From the NCBI RefSeq assembly GCF_009914755.1, contig NC_060933.1: DNA of 64,000 nucleotides, one strand, 5' to 3'. Positions 29,552 to 43,796 of this stretch are shown here, piece after piece (position 1 is the stretch's first letter; the number at the start of each line of letters is the position of its first letter). A model generated the notes under the pieces. That model worked only from the letters and a program-made list of their open reading frames with translations. It did no database searches and had not been told where the DNA came from. Source of the stretch: the human T2T-CHM13v2.0 reference genome, Homo sapiens. A program made the translations under genes and the position numbers.

Positions 29552-31899
29552 AAGAGTTTTGTAAGGCATGTAAGTGTTACATTTTATAATTTAATTTAGA
29601 CTCCTTTTTGACTCATGGGGGTGAGGTGAACACCATATCTTTGGTGCTTAGGGCTTCCAAGGACCTTTCCTGGGTGGCCTCAGCTGTGCACTGCCTTCAA
29701 CCACCTGTCAGTAACCTTCCAACTCCCAAGTGAATATCTCCAGGCCTGATTTCAACTGCCTCCTGGATACCTCTCCAGACATCCCCTTGGCTCTCAGGCT
29801 CTAGGCTGATACCTCTCCAGACATCCTCTCCAGACATCCCCTTGGCTCTCAGGCTCTCAGGCTCTCAGAGCCACATCAGACTCATCATCTCTCCCCCAGG
29901 CCCCTTTGTCAGCACTGATATGCCCCAAGGTAACTTCATCTTCCGGCTCCATGCCCACCATGGCCAATTCCTCACCAAAGCCTGGCGAGTCCATCTCCTT
30001 AATAGCTCTGGGATCTGCGTCGTTCTTGCCACCTCACTCCTGCCCCTGTCCTGGTCCAGGCCACCACATCCCTCCCGTCTGGCCCTCCTGCCTCCTTAGC
30101 TGGTGCTCACATGCCCATCTGACCAAGTCGCTTCTTAGCTGGTGCTCCTTAAGCTTCTCCTTAGCTGGTGCTCACATGCCCATCTGACCAAGTCGCTTCC
30201 CTGTCTGGGCCTGTCTCCAGATCCCTGTCCCCCAGAATAAAGCCCACACACCTAATACTGGCCTCGAAGACCTCCAAGAGGTGGCCTGGCCACCCTCCAC
30301 AGCCTCATCTCCCGCCACCCAGGATCTCCCCTGCTGTTTGAGGTGCTGAGATGCTGTCAGAGTTTGATGACTGACAAACAAACCAAACAGGAGAGTGGCT
30401 GGGCTGGGGTGAAGTAGGAGAAGACTAGACATACCTCCCAGAGCTCTTCAAGCTGGTGATGACCTATGAAGTTGTCCACTCTGCCACTAAAGACCACCAA
30501 TCTGCAAGTGGTCCCAGCCCAACTCGTACTCCTCCCATGATAAGGAGCTCCGCCCCCTCACCATCCCTGGACTGGTCCTTCTGTGAGCAAGTTCTGCTCA
30601 CATGTTCTGCATTACATGCAGATTGGGGTAGGGAACTGGAACTCAAAAGACCCTCGACCCTAGGAACACAAATTCCTTTTCCTCCCTGAAATCCCATCCC
30701 TGGGAGTCCCAGTTCTCTGGGTCTGGGCCTGGGCACCCGCATCGTGGCTCAGCTGTGGTTCTAGGAAGCTAGCCAGAGCCTGACAGAGAGATTGCCAAGA
30801 CAGCCGCCAGAGGGCAGTGCTGCCCCACACACGCCCAGGGGCCAGCCTGCCTTTGTGTCTCAGGCTGCGTGGGTCTTTCAAGGAGAGGCTGCGTGTCTAT
30901 GTTTGTGTGTATGTGACTGTGGGAGTCTATTACTTTGTGTGTCTCTGGCGGCAGGGTTGGGGGTTGTCTAGGCCAGTTGGTATATGTGGTTGTCCATTTT
31001 TGCTCACGTCTGAATACCCCAATTTCCATCCCAGGAAGGGGTGCAGATGCCTGGTTACTCAGTGGGGCCCCAGGCAGGACGGGGAGGAGCACGGCCATCC
31101 TCTGAAGAGCCCTCGCCACCATCACCCCCACCATGAGCCTCCAGCCAGACTGGGCCTCAGGTACTTGTCAGTTAAGTCAATGACCCAGTGACAAGGACCA
31201 GTTAGTTGTCCTTGTCACTGTCTGGAACCAGGGCCAGTCCTGGTCTGTGGCGTCCAGGTGCTGCAAAGCCCCAGTCCCTCCCTCCCAGCCTCCTCTCCCC
31301 TCCTGCCCACCATCACCATACAACAAGGACAGGGAGACTATACCCCCATATCACAGTGGAGGTGTCCGTTTGATCAGCCTTGAGCTGGACACCAGAGCTT
31401 CCTGGTGACTCACCGGCAGCCCCCAGGCTGGTCAGGCCCGGGAGAAGGACGCCAGTGTACCCTGCCTGCTGCTGTACCTGCAGGACATGCCTGGACACCA
31501 GCGTGCTCTGGGAGGGAGCTGTCCTGTTGCCTGCGGTGGTGGGGACAGGGGAAGGCTGCTCTGAGCTGTACTTGGGATGCGTCTGGGAAGACAGGACGGG
31601 CGTGCCAGCAAGAGAACAGCATGTGCAGGGCAGGGAGGTGTGAGGGCGCAGCCTGGGCAGCCAAGGGGCCTGAGCCGCAGGATAAGTGGATCTGGTGGCA
31701 TGCGGGAGGCGGCAGAGGCAGCGGGCAGGGAGGGGCCTCTCTCCCCAGCAGCTTGGTTGCGGGGACGAGCCAAGCCACCCCATGCTCACAGCCAAGGCAG
31801 GGGTCTTGAGACCCGCCTCATACCTCTGTGACCTCCAAGGAGCAGACGGTCCCCGTTACTGCCCCTGCTGTACCCAGGGACCCAGGAACGCAGGGAATG

Positions 31900-32760
31900 T
31901 GAAGCTGGAGGGGGAGGGACAGCGACTGACATTCTAGACCGGTGATGCACCCAGATAGAGGCCTAGAGCGAGGAGAGGAAGTGCGGGGCACAGAATAAGT
32001 AGAGAGAGAACAGAGGGAGAAAGAGACACCGGGAGGGGAAGGGAGACAGAGACGGGGAGTCGGAGGAGGGAGCGGAGAGAACCGAGGGAAGGGGTTGCCA
32101 GGAGGAGGGGTAGGGAGAACTTTCTTGGCCTCCCTGCTCGCGCCCTCCCGGGCAATCAGGCCGGCAGGAGGCAGGTGGTCCGGGGCAGACAATGGCGCGG
32201 AGGAGTGCGGAACCTGGGACTAAATTTGGCGTTGCCTTTGCAGGGCGCGGGGCGCCCGTTCATCTCGATGCAAAGGAGAGACGAAATGAATATGCAGCGC
32301 GGGCTGTAATTGGGCCGCCGCGGCCGCCGCCGCCGCCGCCGCACTATAATTTTCCAAACAGGATCTTGCAATCAGGGCCTTATTCATTAGCGCATAAACA
32401 ATTTTGTTTCTCGGCACTCGAGCCTGTCAATCACGCGGAGAGGGAACATCTTGGCCGGAGGCGCGGGCCACCGTGCGCGCTCCCACGCGCGCCCCCTCGA
32501 GCGCCGCCAGGTGGCTTTGGGTCCGGGAGGCCCTTGGGTGCTGGGGTGGAGGGGGCCCGGGGCACGCTTCGGGGTCCACACCCCAGCCCGGCAGATGGGG
32601 GTGGGCGGCCTGAGAGAACACAGGTTTGGGGGCCCACCGCCCCGGCTTGCAATTCTGCTTCTGACCTCACCAGCTCTGCCCTTGGGCAACCCCCCTTCTC
32701 CTCCCCAGCCTCAGTTTGCCCTCTGTAAGATGTGCTCAGCGCACTCACCCCGCAGAACTA
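31900..32760. promoter_or_regulatory. Orphan CpG island / candidate developmental enhancer
   Basis: Abrupt rise in GC content and CpG density. (GCC)6 at 32323-32340. AT-rich core with TAATTG, TAAACAAT and CTGTCAATCA motifs. No coding exon nearby. Confidence 0.75.
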
Positions 32761-35649
32761 GAGGGGGCATCGGGTGGAATAATGGATGCTTTGGGTGCTG
32801 AGGCTGGGGGGTGGGGTGCTGAGGAGGGGGCCTTCTAGCTCCTTTTATTAAAGGAGGGGATCAGAGGCCCACAGAGAGCTTCTCATCCCATCACCACCCC
32901 CACCCCTCTAGGACGGCTCCTGCGACTCTGTCTAGGGAGGCCTCAGAGTGGTTCTCTAAGAGCTGGGCTGGGCACAGCCCTGGGCTCACCCACACGCTGG
33001 GGTGGGCACGCATGCGTGATCTCCCGTGCTGGCTCCCAGGAGGGCTGTGCACGCGGGGGCACCTATAACTCTACAAGCCCATGTGTGACTGTGCCACAGG
33101 CTTTGTGCCTATGTGTGTGTGGGGGGGCGGGGGCGCTGTGACTGTGTGTTCAGCTACTTGGCTGCTGGTGAGATCATGGAGCTGAGTGTGGCTGCCTAGC
33201 AGTAGCCAGGTGACAAGGACTGAAGGGGGCTGGTGAACAGAACTGTGGGGTCTTTGGGGCCCAGGTGACCTGGCAAGAACTGCAGAGAGGGCAGGAAGCC
33301 CTGAAGGGCTGTGTCTTTCAGGACAGATGACATCTCTGTCTTCTCCGCCTCCTCCCTGGCGACCCCTCCATCAGCCCCATGTCCCCAGCACAGTCATCCA
33401 GGGTGCCCAGGCTGGGGAGATAAGCAGCCTGGTTTTGCCCTACTGCCAGGCCTTGCAGTGGGGAGGGTTCACCTTCCCCACCTCTCTGACCCCACCCCCA
33501 GCCCCCTCAGTGCCTCCCTGACAGCACCAAGACTCAGCCCCATGCTCCCTCCATCAGGGAAGCCTAAAGGCCTCTGGAATTTCAGGGCCAAATGTTCTAA
33601 TCAGCTCAGATTTACAGAGATCACAGCAGGTCAGAGCTGGATAGACCCATTGCATGGATGAAGAAACAGAGGCCTAGGACTGGAAACAGGAACGATACAG
33701 GCCTGGGACCCCCCCACCCCCAGCAAGTGGGGAGCAGAGCTAGGATCTGAACTCCTGTCTCTGGCCCCAAAGCAGGGGGCAAGGACCTGACTTCCCGAAG
33801 ACACACACCGCCGACAAGCGTAAGCACCAGCAGACCACGGAGGCCTCCCGCAACCCGCCATGCCCCTCTCCTGCCCCCACCCCGGCATCCTCCTCCTCTG
33901 CTGTGCCCAACCCCTGCCCCCTCCACAGTCCCCACTCCACACAGAGACAAAGAATTTGAGGATGTGCTGGCAGCCAACTGACAGGCCATCAGTCTCTACC
34001 CAGACACCCTCTTCACAGTTCTAGCCCCAGCCCGGATGCCACCCCACCCGCTAGTCACCCCCAGCACCGGGCCAGGAAGGGAGGCGGCCCGGGAAGGGGC
34101 TGTGGGGGAAGGCACGGAGTCCGGAAGCCCAGAGGAACAGTCTTCAACCTGTGAATCCGGCCGCGCCTGGCCCTGCAGCCTCCCCGGCCCGGCAGCCTCC
34201 CTGCTCCTGCGTGTCCCAATGCATGATGCACAGCTGACCCCTGCCTGTGAGGGACCCAGGCCATCTGTGAGGCAGTTGCCATGAGTGACTCCTGGTGAAC
34301 AGCCCATTGGCATCTCCAAGTGCTGGGCAGAGGCCAGAGGCAATGGCTTTGGACGAGGAGACCGAGGTTTAAAACCCAGCTCTGCCACTTTCTGGCTGGT
34401 TGACCTCAGGCAAGTCACCAGACTTCTCTGTGCCTCAGTTTCCTCATCTGGAAAGAAGAGCTATTTAACTCACTGGGCACCCAGTCGGTACTTGGTGCTT
34501 AGTAAACAATAGGATGAAGGAAAGGAAGGCACAGAGACCCTCCCACCTGCAGGCCAGACTTAAACCCAGACCCTAGACCCCAGAAACGTTCCAGAGCTTT
34601 CACGCATGAGGAACCCTTGCCAGGCCCCCACCTGCTGGAGGCAGCCGAGTCAGGGTTTCTAAGCGAAACTCACACGAGTTTGTCATTCTTGAAAAACAGT
34701 CCCTTTCCAAGCCCTATTTGACCTTTCCTTAATGGACCACTTGCTTTCAGGGCCCTCATCCTGGGAGGTAGGTTACTCCGCCCATGTAATGGAGACAGAA
34801 CTGACCCCAGAGGGTCAAAGCCTCTTCCCCAAGGTTCTTCCTCAACTGGGAAGAAAAAGAGTCAGGACTTGAATCCACTCTTTCAAGTACTCCTGTTTCT
34901 GCTCCCATTCTTCTGCTGCCTTGGTGGGGATGGGCCTTCCAGTTGGGGACACCTGGGCTGCTCCGAGTCCAGCCTCCAGAGCTGCCAGGTCAGCAGTGTA
35001 ACCAGTCACTCCACCTCCTGCAGGGTTGCTGGACTGTCATCTAGGAAGAAGATGGTCTAAATTCAAGTTCCTTAGGAAGTCTTGGTTCTGAGGCCCCCGG
35101 GGAGCATCAAAGCTCAAGCGGAGAGAAAACTGAGTGGGAGGGGGAGGAACCAGGTCTCTAAGGAGGTGTAGAGACCTAGAGACATGAGTTTCCTTGGGGA
35201 CATCCCTCTGTAGATCTTACCTCATCCCCAACCTCCTCCCTCTTGGAGGCTTTACTTATATCTCAGTTATCTATGCAACATGGAGCAGGAGAAAGAGCTC
35301 AGAGGGTTACCAGCTACGTGACCTCCAGAAAGTCAGAACTTCTCTGAGCCTAAGCTTTCTCATCTATGAGAGAGGAATAGTATCCTAATAAGAACTACTA
35401 CTCCACGCCAATGCACTAGCACCTAGCATAGCGCCCTGCACATAGTAAGTGTTCATTAAAAGTCTGTTGAGTGAGTGAGTGAGTGAACTGACAAAAGAGA
35501 AAGCAGAGGAAAAAGGCCTTCCATCGCCCATGTGGTTGCCTTCTCCCCAACTTCAACCTCAATCAGCTGGTACCCTGGAGGCCCCTCTGCAGACTCAGCC
35601 CCTCCCAGTGCCTCATTCCTGGTGGGTGGGACCCAGGGCCCAGGGCTGC

Positions 35650-35975
35650 CTTGTCCCATGCAGCAGCCACTGGCGCATGTGGCTACTGAGCACATGACAT
35701 GTGGCAAGTCCAAACTGAGGTGTGCTGTAAGTGTAGGATACACAACAGTTTTTGAAGACATTGTACCCCCTAAAAAAGGAATGTAAAATATCTTATTTAA
35801 TTTTTATATTGATAACAGGTTGAAATAATATTGTGGACATACGAGGTTCAGTAAAATATGTAGTTAAAACTCACTTCACCCATCTCTGTCTACTTTTGTA
35901 ATGTGTTACTAGAAAATGTAAAATGACACGTGGCATGCCTCTGTGGCCTGTGCTACATTTCTATTAGACAGCAGA
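35650..35975. mobile_element. MER33-like hAT-Charlie element
   Basis: catgtggctactgagcac...gtgtgctgtaagtgta...aaaaaggaatgtaaaatatc...atttctattagacagc. Confidence 0.65.
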
Positions 35976-37259
35976 GGTCTGGAACACACTACAGACCCCA
36001 GCCCCCCACCCTCCGCCTTTCCTATCCTGGTCCTCTCTCTTCCCATCCAGATGGCAGGGCTGCCAGGCTGGAGCAGTGTGGTGTTTGGGAGAGGGATCCC
36101 CTGGACTGGAAGCAGGGACTGAGTTCCAGTCTCTCCCAGTGCACTCAGATCTAGTGCACAGGATGGGGCATCTGCCTCAGTTTCCCCTATCCTGCCCCCA
36201 GTTCTGCATCTGGCCTGGTCCTGCCCCATCCCTCCGCACCTCCTGAGACCTGGCCAGGCCATCCTTTATGCTTTTCTCTTGGATCCTGGAATCACCCCAT
36301 GGTCTCATTCCTGAGCCAGAAAGGCACCTGCATAGGGCCACAGCCACCAACTCAGAAGTCCCTGGGGGCTCAGCCGTGTGTCCACCACTTCCACTTTACC
36401 CCAACCAGTCAATTCGCCTTCCACACCTCACTCTCCCCTAGCACTTCTCTCCTTCCCTTAGGCCACTCCTCTAGTCCAGGCCTCATCCATTCATTCAGCA
36501 GGTATCTACTGAGCCCCGGTGTACCAGGCACTCTTGTTGGTCCCTGATATGCTTCAGTGAACGAGGCAGGCAAACCCCTCAGCTCTCATGAGCTGGCATC
36601 CCAGTGAGGAAAACAGAGAATAAACAAGAAACTGAAGACAAGTATATGGTATGTGTTAGAAGGTGTAAATGCTAATGGGGAAACAGAATAGAGCTGGGTA
36701 GGGAAGATCAGCACCACACTGACCTCCTGCTTCTAGGCTGACCTCTGACCCATCCTCCGTGGGCTGCTGGAGGGATCTCAGGTCCAACCATGCTACTTCC
36801 CTGCTTCAAAGCCCTCACTGGCTCCCCAGTGCCTCCAGGTGAAGGTCCAAACTTCTCAGCCCGGTATGCAGAGCATCCCCATGATCTGGCCCTGCCAACC
36901 TCATCTTCCTGCCAGCAGCTCCCGGCATGCTCTCTAGCACCAGCCTGCCTTTCCCTCTGCCAAGAACACCCTTCTCACATTCCTATGTCAGTAGGCTTGT
37001 TCTCACCCTTAAAGGCTCCTCGCACTGTCGGGCAGGTTTGCGCCCACACATGTGGGTCTCCATGTCCTAGACCTGTGTGCATGCTGCAGCTACACGCCTG
37101 CCACTGCCACAGCTCTCACACGTGTGTGCACATTCTCTGTGAGCAGGCACGCCGCATTCCCTTGCGTGCTCCTGCTCCTCGGAGAGGCCCAGTCGGGGGC
37201 AGGGGCTGCCCAGGTATGTCTGACTTCCTAAAGCCTCAGCGGGAACAGGCGCTGCGATT

Positions 37260-37279
37260 CAGGAAGTCGCCATGGCAAC
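37260..37279. promoter_or_regulatory. RFX X-box with overlapping ETS core
   Basis: GTCGCCATGGCAAC (37266-37279) is 13/14 to the palindromic X-box GTTGCCATGGCAAC. CAGGAAGT overlaps it. Lies in a CpG-retaining patch. Confidence 0.55.
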
Positions 37280-40200
37280 CGCCGGGCCCTCCTGCCATCT
37301 CCTGCAATCAGCGCTGGGACCCGGCCACCCGCTGGGCTTCCTGGAGATTCGTTCCCTATGATTTGAGGCTGGGGGGAAGAGGCATGGGGGAATCTCTTAA
37401 CCCCCTGGCCCCCACCCTTCCTACCCTGGTCCTCTCTCTTCCCATCCAGGATGGCAGGGCTGCCAGGCTGGAACGGTGTGGTGTTTGGGAGAGGGGCCCC
37501 CTGGACTGGAAGCAGGGACTGAGTTCCAGTCCCAAATAACAACTTGTGTGGCCTTGGATAGATCCCTTCCTCTCTCTGAGCCTCCGTTTCCTCACCCATG
37601 AGATGCCTCTCTTACAGGGTCTCTGTGGGGTCTGGGGCAATAATGTGGCATGTATTAGATATTCAGCTAATGCTGTCATGGAAACTGAAGGTCTGAAACA
37701 ATCCATTGCTTTTACCGAGTTTTAGGGCGCTCTCCCATCTGTTAGTCTGCAACAGCCCTTGAGGTGAGCTTTTTCATGTCAATTTGACAGAAGAGCCTAA
37801 GGTCAGAGAGGTGGAGAGAAGGAGGTGGTGGGAGAAGGCTGGGGTTGCTGGGGAGCTCCACGGAAAAGACTGGGAAGGATGGTGCTTGGGATGGTTCTTT
37901 CTCTGCCAGCACACACAGGTGACCCTGCCTCCCTTCCACTTGCTGACAAGAATCTGGCCTTCATCTCAGGCTGGAGCTGGGGAGGTGGGGGCGCCTCCTA
38001 AATCCCAGGTCCCTCCTCAGTAGAAAGAGCCCTGGACTGGAGGCAGGAGGCCTGTGTTCCAATCCTGACTGGCTGTGTGACCTGGGGGAGGGGGACTGGG
38101 GCAAGGGGTCACTTGCTGTGTCTGAGCCCCCTAGATTAGAGGATAAGCCAGATGACCCTAAGGGTACATCCTGCTCGCATGGGCTGGGCTGTGGTTTCTA
38201 GTCTAGATCAAGACAAGCTTTTGGGACATTGCAATCCTGGGCTACGGTGACCTGTGAGTTTGCCCAATACCATGGCACAGACCTCTCCCACAGACAGATG
38301 GGCCTGGCTTCACGCATGCTCTTGGAGAGACTGGAAATAGAAGTGTCGTTGTTCTCCCAGCTCCACCAGGGCTTGAGTTTCTTCACCATGATGCTGCAGT
38401 GTCTATTTCTCCATCTCTCTCCAGTCCTTGGGAAAGTCACCCCTAGCGAGGGAAAAGGCACCACGTTTGCCACTAGCCTCGGGCCCCTTTCATGCCCATG
38501 GTTCCATCTAATCCTCACAACCACTCTGCAAAGTAGACCTTACTTCCTGCATTTCATGGGTGAGGAAATGAAGGCTCAGAGAATTGGAGTGACTTGCTCA
38601 AGGTCACACAGCTAATAAATAAGTGGCCGAGCTGGGAATTGAACCCAGGTCCCTCCGATCCCAGATGCCAGTAGAAAGACCATTCTTGATTTCTGCTTTA
38701 CCTAATTGCCTGGTGCCCCTCTCAGTGACAGCTCTGCTACCTGGAACTCCTCTCTCTCCTCTTTCTGGGACCCCAGGTACTGTCCATGGCACTGCTTCCT
38801 CCTTATCCAGGCAGGAAAGGTGCTTAGACTCAGAAGTACAGAGGCAAAGAGCCCTTCGAGAGGACTCAGACCAGTCCCACTTGACCAGCTCTGCCTCCAG
38901 ACAGATGAGGAAACTGAGGCCAGGCTTGAGACCTAGAATTAAAGGTGCAATCTCCTATCCAACCATGAGGCATGGTGGAAGGTGAATCTCACCCAACAGG
39001 ATTCTAGGAGGCAGAGCCTCTCAGAAACAGGGGAATCAGTGGAGAACGCATCAGGGGATGCGTTCTATGGCAGGCAGGTCTGCTGGTCAGGGCTTGAAGT
39101 TTTGGAATGGACTGGCAGAGAGGAGAGGGAACAGGCCAGATCTGAGGGTGGGGGTTGGGTGGCTTGGCTGAGCTGAAGGGTCAGGCAGCCTTGGCCAGGC
39201 TCCCATCTCCAGCCCCAGGGCGAGCGCGTGAGGTGGAGCTGCGACATTCAAGCAGCTTCCTCCCCTTTGTTGGGAGTGATGTCGCCCATTTCCTGGATGT
39301 CCAAGAACCGGCTTCAAACAATAGCGCTGTCAGGAAGCCAGGAAGGGGCTGGTGCCCTGCGCCTGGTCCTACCCCATCCCTCCCCACCTCCTGAGACCCG
39401 GCCAGGCCATCCTTTATGCTTATCTCTTTGAGTCTGATGCCTCTGCCACCAGCCAGCTGTGTTTCTGCGGGCAGGCCACCTAACTTCTCTGGGCCTGAGC
39501 TCTCCATCTAAAACTTGGGGAACAGATTCTTACCTAGCAGAGCTGGCACATCGATCAAAGGAGGTGATAACAGTAGTAGGGCTGGTGGCCAACACACCAC
39601 ACGTAGATAACTCACGTGGAAACGCTTGGCACGTGGTAGGCTTGAAAAATGTGATTTGACAGTTTTCATGATTCAGAGTCAATTCACCTTTTCCAAATGC
39701 CTACTAAGTGTCAAGCATTTCCGCATGTGTTATCTCCGTATGGTAGGTTAAGACTTACGGTTTTGGAATCAGACAAAACTGGGTTTAAATCCCAGTTCTA
39801 CCACTTACTATATATAGCTGTGTGACCCGCGATAATGAGATAACCTTTCCGAGCATCAGCTTCTTCATCCATAAAACGGGAATAACAGGAACGCCTATTT
39901 CATGAAGTCATCGTGAGAAATATGTGGGCCAATAAATGTAGAAAACTTGGTGCAGTGCTCGGCAAACAGCAAGTACCTAATAAGCGTCAGTAATTATCAT
40001 TTCCACCATGGCCTTCTACAGGCCTATTTCATATCTTTGCTTACACAGCTCCCCTGCCTCTGAGCCCATCCTCTCTAAAAGTTGTGCAGGCATCCAACTC
40101 TGCACAACTTTTAATATTGAGTTGCAGCCACACAGGTAGTCCACAGTGAGGGAGTCAGAAGTCTAGGCTCAATCCTAATTTCACTACTATCTGAACCCTT

Positions 40201-41055
40201 CCGATCTTTGGGCCTCCGTTTCCCCATCTGTGAAGTAAAGGGAATTTATGGTTCTCTGGGGGTCTCACAATTCCGACACTCCATGAGTTAGTTCAGTCCT
40301 CTGACACCGGACCATTCCTGACACTGGACTTGGCAATGGGTCAGAGCCCTCACCCGGCACGAGAGGGCGACTGCCTGCTGACGTCACCAGCAGGCTGGAA
40401 TCCTCCCCAAATGCGGAGAGCTGCACAACGGGTTCAAGCTGTGTCCAGGCTTGGAAGCTGGGTGGATGTTTTTGTCAAGAAACACGGTCTTTTCATTAAT
40501 GCCATTGTCCACCAATTAGCCCAAGGCTGACTCAACAGGGGGCCCCCGTGCTGGGGGCCTCCATTCAGACAGCCTGTGGCTGGGGCTTTGTGTTCTGCCA
40601 GCCCCTCCCTCTTGCCTGGAAAAGCTCTCTGCCTGTCCACCTTGCCTCAAAACCCCCTGCTGGGGGCACTTGTCAGTCTGAGGGGTCCCATTGGCCGCAC
40701 ACCTAGTTGGTGCAAGGCAATGTATAGTCATCTTGTCACGGAATCTACAAAACCACCCCAGAAGGGCAGCACTGTTGTTATTCTCATTTCTCAAAGGAGA
40801 AAAATAAACTTCAGAGAAGTGAAGTGTGTTTCTCAAGTCTGACAGAAGACTCAACTGTCTCATGAGTCACCAGACAGAGTGGCTTTTTGGACCATAATAT
40901 GCTTAGAGCTGCATGGCCTGGGCGAGACACTTCACTCTCCATATTCTCTCCTGTCTCTCCTCATGCTTCCATTACCAATCATCCAATTCACCAACTCGAA
41001 ACTGATAACTAAGAGGGAAGCAAAGAGCCCGGGTTCTGCAGCCAAACAGCCATGG

Positions 41056-43008
<1,953 letters not shown>

Positions 43009-43736
43009 CACATGATTTCTAATGAGGGAAGTGGTTGACAAAATCTTAGAATCTCTTCCATATCTTGTCCTTCAAATGTCAGTGTGGGTGATCTATTTAA
43101 AACAGAAGCCCAAAATGCTCTTCTCATTTTAATGAAATTCCCAGAATGAATTGCCCAGGTGATTAGGTCTATTTCAAGAAAACATGAAAACTCCACTGTC
43201 TCCCCCAGCAAGCTGGCTAATAGAGAAACTATGTTTCATATATTTCTTGACTTGGAAAAGAGCTTGGATACCTACTTGGTCCAACTCTTTATTTTACAGC
43301 TAAAGAAACTGGCTGAAAGGGGAAAGTGGCTTGCCAAGGCCACATAACAAGGTCACAGACGGAGCCCAGCATAGCAGCCCAGCTTGCTTTTCCTCTTTGC
43401 CCGGCTGCCCATCACAGTGATATGGAAGAAAAGATGCTAAAGGACTTTCTGGAAAGTTCTTTGGTATGAATTCACCACTAGGATCCTTGGAAACAACCAC
43501 AGCAGCCCAAGGGTGCTGTGTGTTCAACAATCAAATAAATAAATAAAGCCTTTAAGTCAAACCACTGTCATATGACATAATACCTTAGTTTTGGAGAGCA
43601 AGGGAAAGGAACAGTATTATCATTTTCTTTCTAGCATCAACTCTTCCATCAGAGCAGCAGAATTGATTAAAACAAGGCTTCCAGAAAGGGTATGCCTGCT
43701 TAATTTGCATTCAACCCTCAAATTAAAGGAATACTG

Positions 43737-43796
43737 GCATGCAATTTATATTTCTTGCATGCAATTTATATTTCTTGCATGTAATTTATATTTCTT
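43737..43796. repeat. 20-bp tandem repeat x3
   Basis: gcatgcaatttatatttctt twice, then gcatgtaatttatatttctt. Confidence 0.95.

Noticed and set aside
32220-32417. Poly-alanine and poly-arginine ORFs in the CpG island
   Set aside because: They are translations of the GCC tract. No homeodomain or other domain follows.
36790-37539. Longest ORF in the track (249 aa)
   Set aside because: No recognisable domain. Composition is typical of GC-rich noncoding DNA, and it overlaps an L2-like fragment and a local duplication.
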